Origin: Trypethelium eluteriae | Lineage: Eukaryota | DNA: 64,000 nucleotides | Direction of reading: 5' to 3' | Assembly (NCBI GenBank): GCA_051942245.1 | Contig: JAVECL010000044.1 | Span: 1-64,000, forward strand | Part shown: piece after piece, positions 62,223 through 64,000 of the stretch | Position numbering within the stretch: position 1 is the stretch's first letter | How the letters are laid out: each line of letters opens with the position of its first letter | Made by a program: the position numbers and the translations under genes | The notes under the pieces: generated by a model | What the model saw: the letters and a program-made list of their open reading frames with translations, nothing else | The model's database searches: none | Told to the model about the DNA's origin: nothing

Positions 62223-63967
62223 ATGGCGATCTTATCTGATGAAACACGCGACGGTGTCAAACTAGAATTGAGGGGTGCTAGACCATTCTTCGAGGAAGAG
62301 CGCCCAGGGTGGAAAGGCTTCGTTGAATGGGAAGGGCACAACGAAAAGAAGGAAAAAGCGAAGAAGATTCTAGCTCAGTATGACTTTCATAAAGCGAGTT
62401 ACTTCCTTGCGCTATGTATCCACAAGATGTGCACTAATCGACGAGTAGCCACCAGAGTTCCAGCTTGCGCCATTGCCGAGTAGCAATCCTATCCTTGATG
62501 GAAACCGCTGGAAAGAATATCACCTCGCACTTGGTGCCTCACTGAGAGATATACCCGACATCAGCTGGGACTATGTACAGAAGGAGAAGGCTCCAGATAT
62601 GCTCCATGTTCTCCAGTTTCCGTACAATGGCGAGCCACCCAGGGTAACGTCCCGGTCGTCCTCTACTCAATACTTTGCTAAAATTGCCGCAGCGCCGACT
62701 GGTCGAGGACGAAGTCACGTCCAACGCTGACTTTTTTGTCCGGAATCACGGTGGTATTCCTGAAATCGATGCGGGTAGTTATTTCTTTGATGTCGATGGC
62801 TTTGTAAAAAATCCTCAGAGAATCAGCCTTCAGGAACTACAAAACGAATCGAAATTTCCACGTCAGTCCAATGTCGTCACACTTCAATGTTCAGGTACAC
62901 GTCGGATTGAACAGATTCATGAATATCCTGGTGATGGCGATGAACTTATTAACGCTCCATGGAGTGAGGGGGCAATCGGGAATGCGCGCTGGACTGGAGT
63001 CTCCCTGAAAAAAGTTATCAAATACTGCGGAGGCTTTCAGGACGATTTTGACCCTAACGATATGCACTTAGAATTCTACGGTGCTGACACTTATTTCAAA
63101 AAGGGGGAAGTCTACAACTACGTCGTGAGCGTGCCCTGGCGAAAGGTCAAAATGAACGAAGTCCTTTTAGCTTGGGAGATGAATGGGGAGCCTCTCCCTC
63201 GTATTCACGGGTTTCCACTTAGAACGGTTGTCTTTGGCTACATCGGCGCCCGAAGTACAAAATGGTTATATCGTATTAAGGCCATCAAAGGTCCCAGCCG
63301 TGCCCCAGTACAGATGAAAGAATACTTATATTACACCCCGCAAATTGGCAAGCACAATGTTAAGTATAGTAATGGCTTCTCGATTCAAGACATGCCGGTC
63401 TCGAGCGCTATCATGGCTCCTGAAGACAAAGATCAGATAGTACATGACGGAAAGATCGAGCTTCGTGGATGGGCGTACAGTGGAGGAGGCCATTGGCCGA
63501 TCAAAGTGGAGGTTAGTGGAGACGGCGGGAACATCTGGTATCAGGTTCCTCCAGATCGCTTAAGCAAGAAGTACTTTCACGGATGGCGGACCTGGAGTAT
63601 GGAGATGCCGGTTGATGCCGAAGGATGGCTGGATTTTTGCGTAAGGTGCTGGGATAACTCTCTCAATACGCAGCCAACTTTCGTCAGAAGCGCATGGTCT
63701 GTTTTCACCAAAGGACATGCGATCTAGTCTTGGATGCTGACACGATTTTCTAGGAACTGGGATATGCATGTTACCTCGTCATGCCATCGGATAAAGATCT
63801 TTAGTGTAAACCGCACCAAGCCAGACACGGCGAAACGCCTCAAATTCCTGGAAGAAAAGAGAATACCTCTTCTACCGATCACGCAGCCGCTCGGTGTAGA
63901 TCTTGAGGACGAGGAGGAGTATGATCAAGAGGTAGAGAAACACGGTGGTAGGGATCCGAAGGAATGA
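62223..63967 (+). CDS. Sulfite-oxidase-family molybdopterin oxidoreductase
   Basis: PYNGEPP, FFVRNHGGIP, TLQCSGTRR, EMNGEPLPRIHGFPLR, GYIGARSTKWL and GWAYSGGG. Introns 62394-62448 (GC-AG), 62644-62692 and about 63697-63752. Confidence 0.93.
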
Positions 63968-64000
63968 TATATTTCTATGCATTGATATTTCTGGAGTACT

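Overview
Gene-dense genomic DNA from a filamentous ascomycete (Pezizomycotina): short GT-AG introns with CTRAY branch points and RIP-like mutation of repeats. About 28 protein-coding loci are supported, plus an intron-containing tRNA-Arg(CCG). Housekeeping or conserved genes: AIM21 3' end, NPL6/RSC7, a cyclin T/K-like gene, an MFS transporter, acid sphingomyelinase, DUF924, GAL1, a peroxisomal MaoC dehydratase, trimethyllysine dioxygenase, RPT5, an F-box protein, a GH16 Crh enzyme, a P450, an aldo-keto reductase, a HAD-IIA hydrolase, DEF1, DPM1 and a sulfite-oxidase-like enzyme. Mobile DNA: three copies of a TA-flanked Tc1/mariner-type MITE, two copies of a CAC...GTG MITE with 5-bp target duplications (Transib-like signature), and a solo LTR nested in one of those next to the tRNA. 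Most notable observations: (1) a zinc-deaminase gene whose HxE and PCxxC motifs lie in different reading frames that are both open over about 365 nt; (2) the Transib-like MITE; (3) a head-to-head pair of secreted proteins with Kex2-type KR sites, one NucA/NucB-nuclease-like; (4) a HAD hydrolase with a TGA where a Trp codon is expected. All family assignments come from motif recognition by eye. No database search was run, and exon boundaries are manual.
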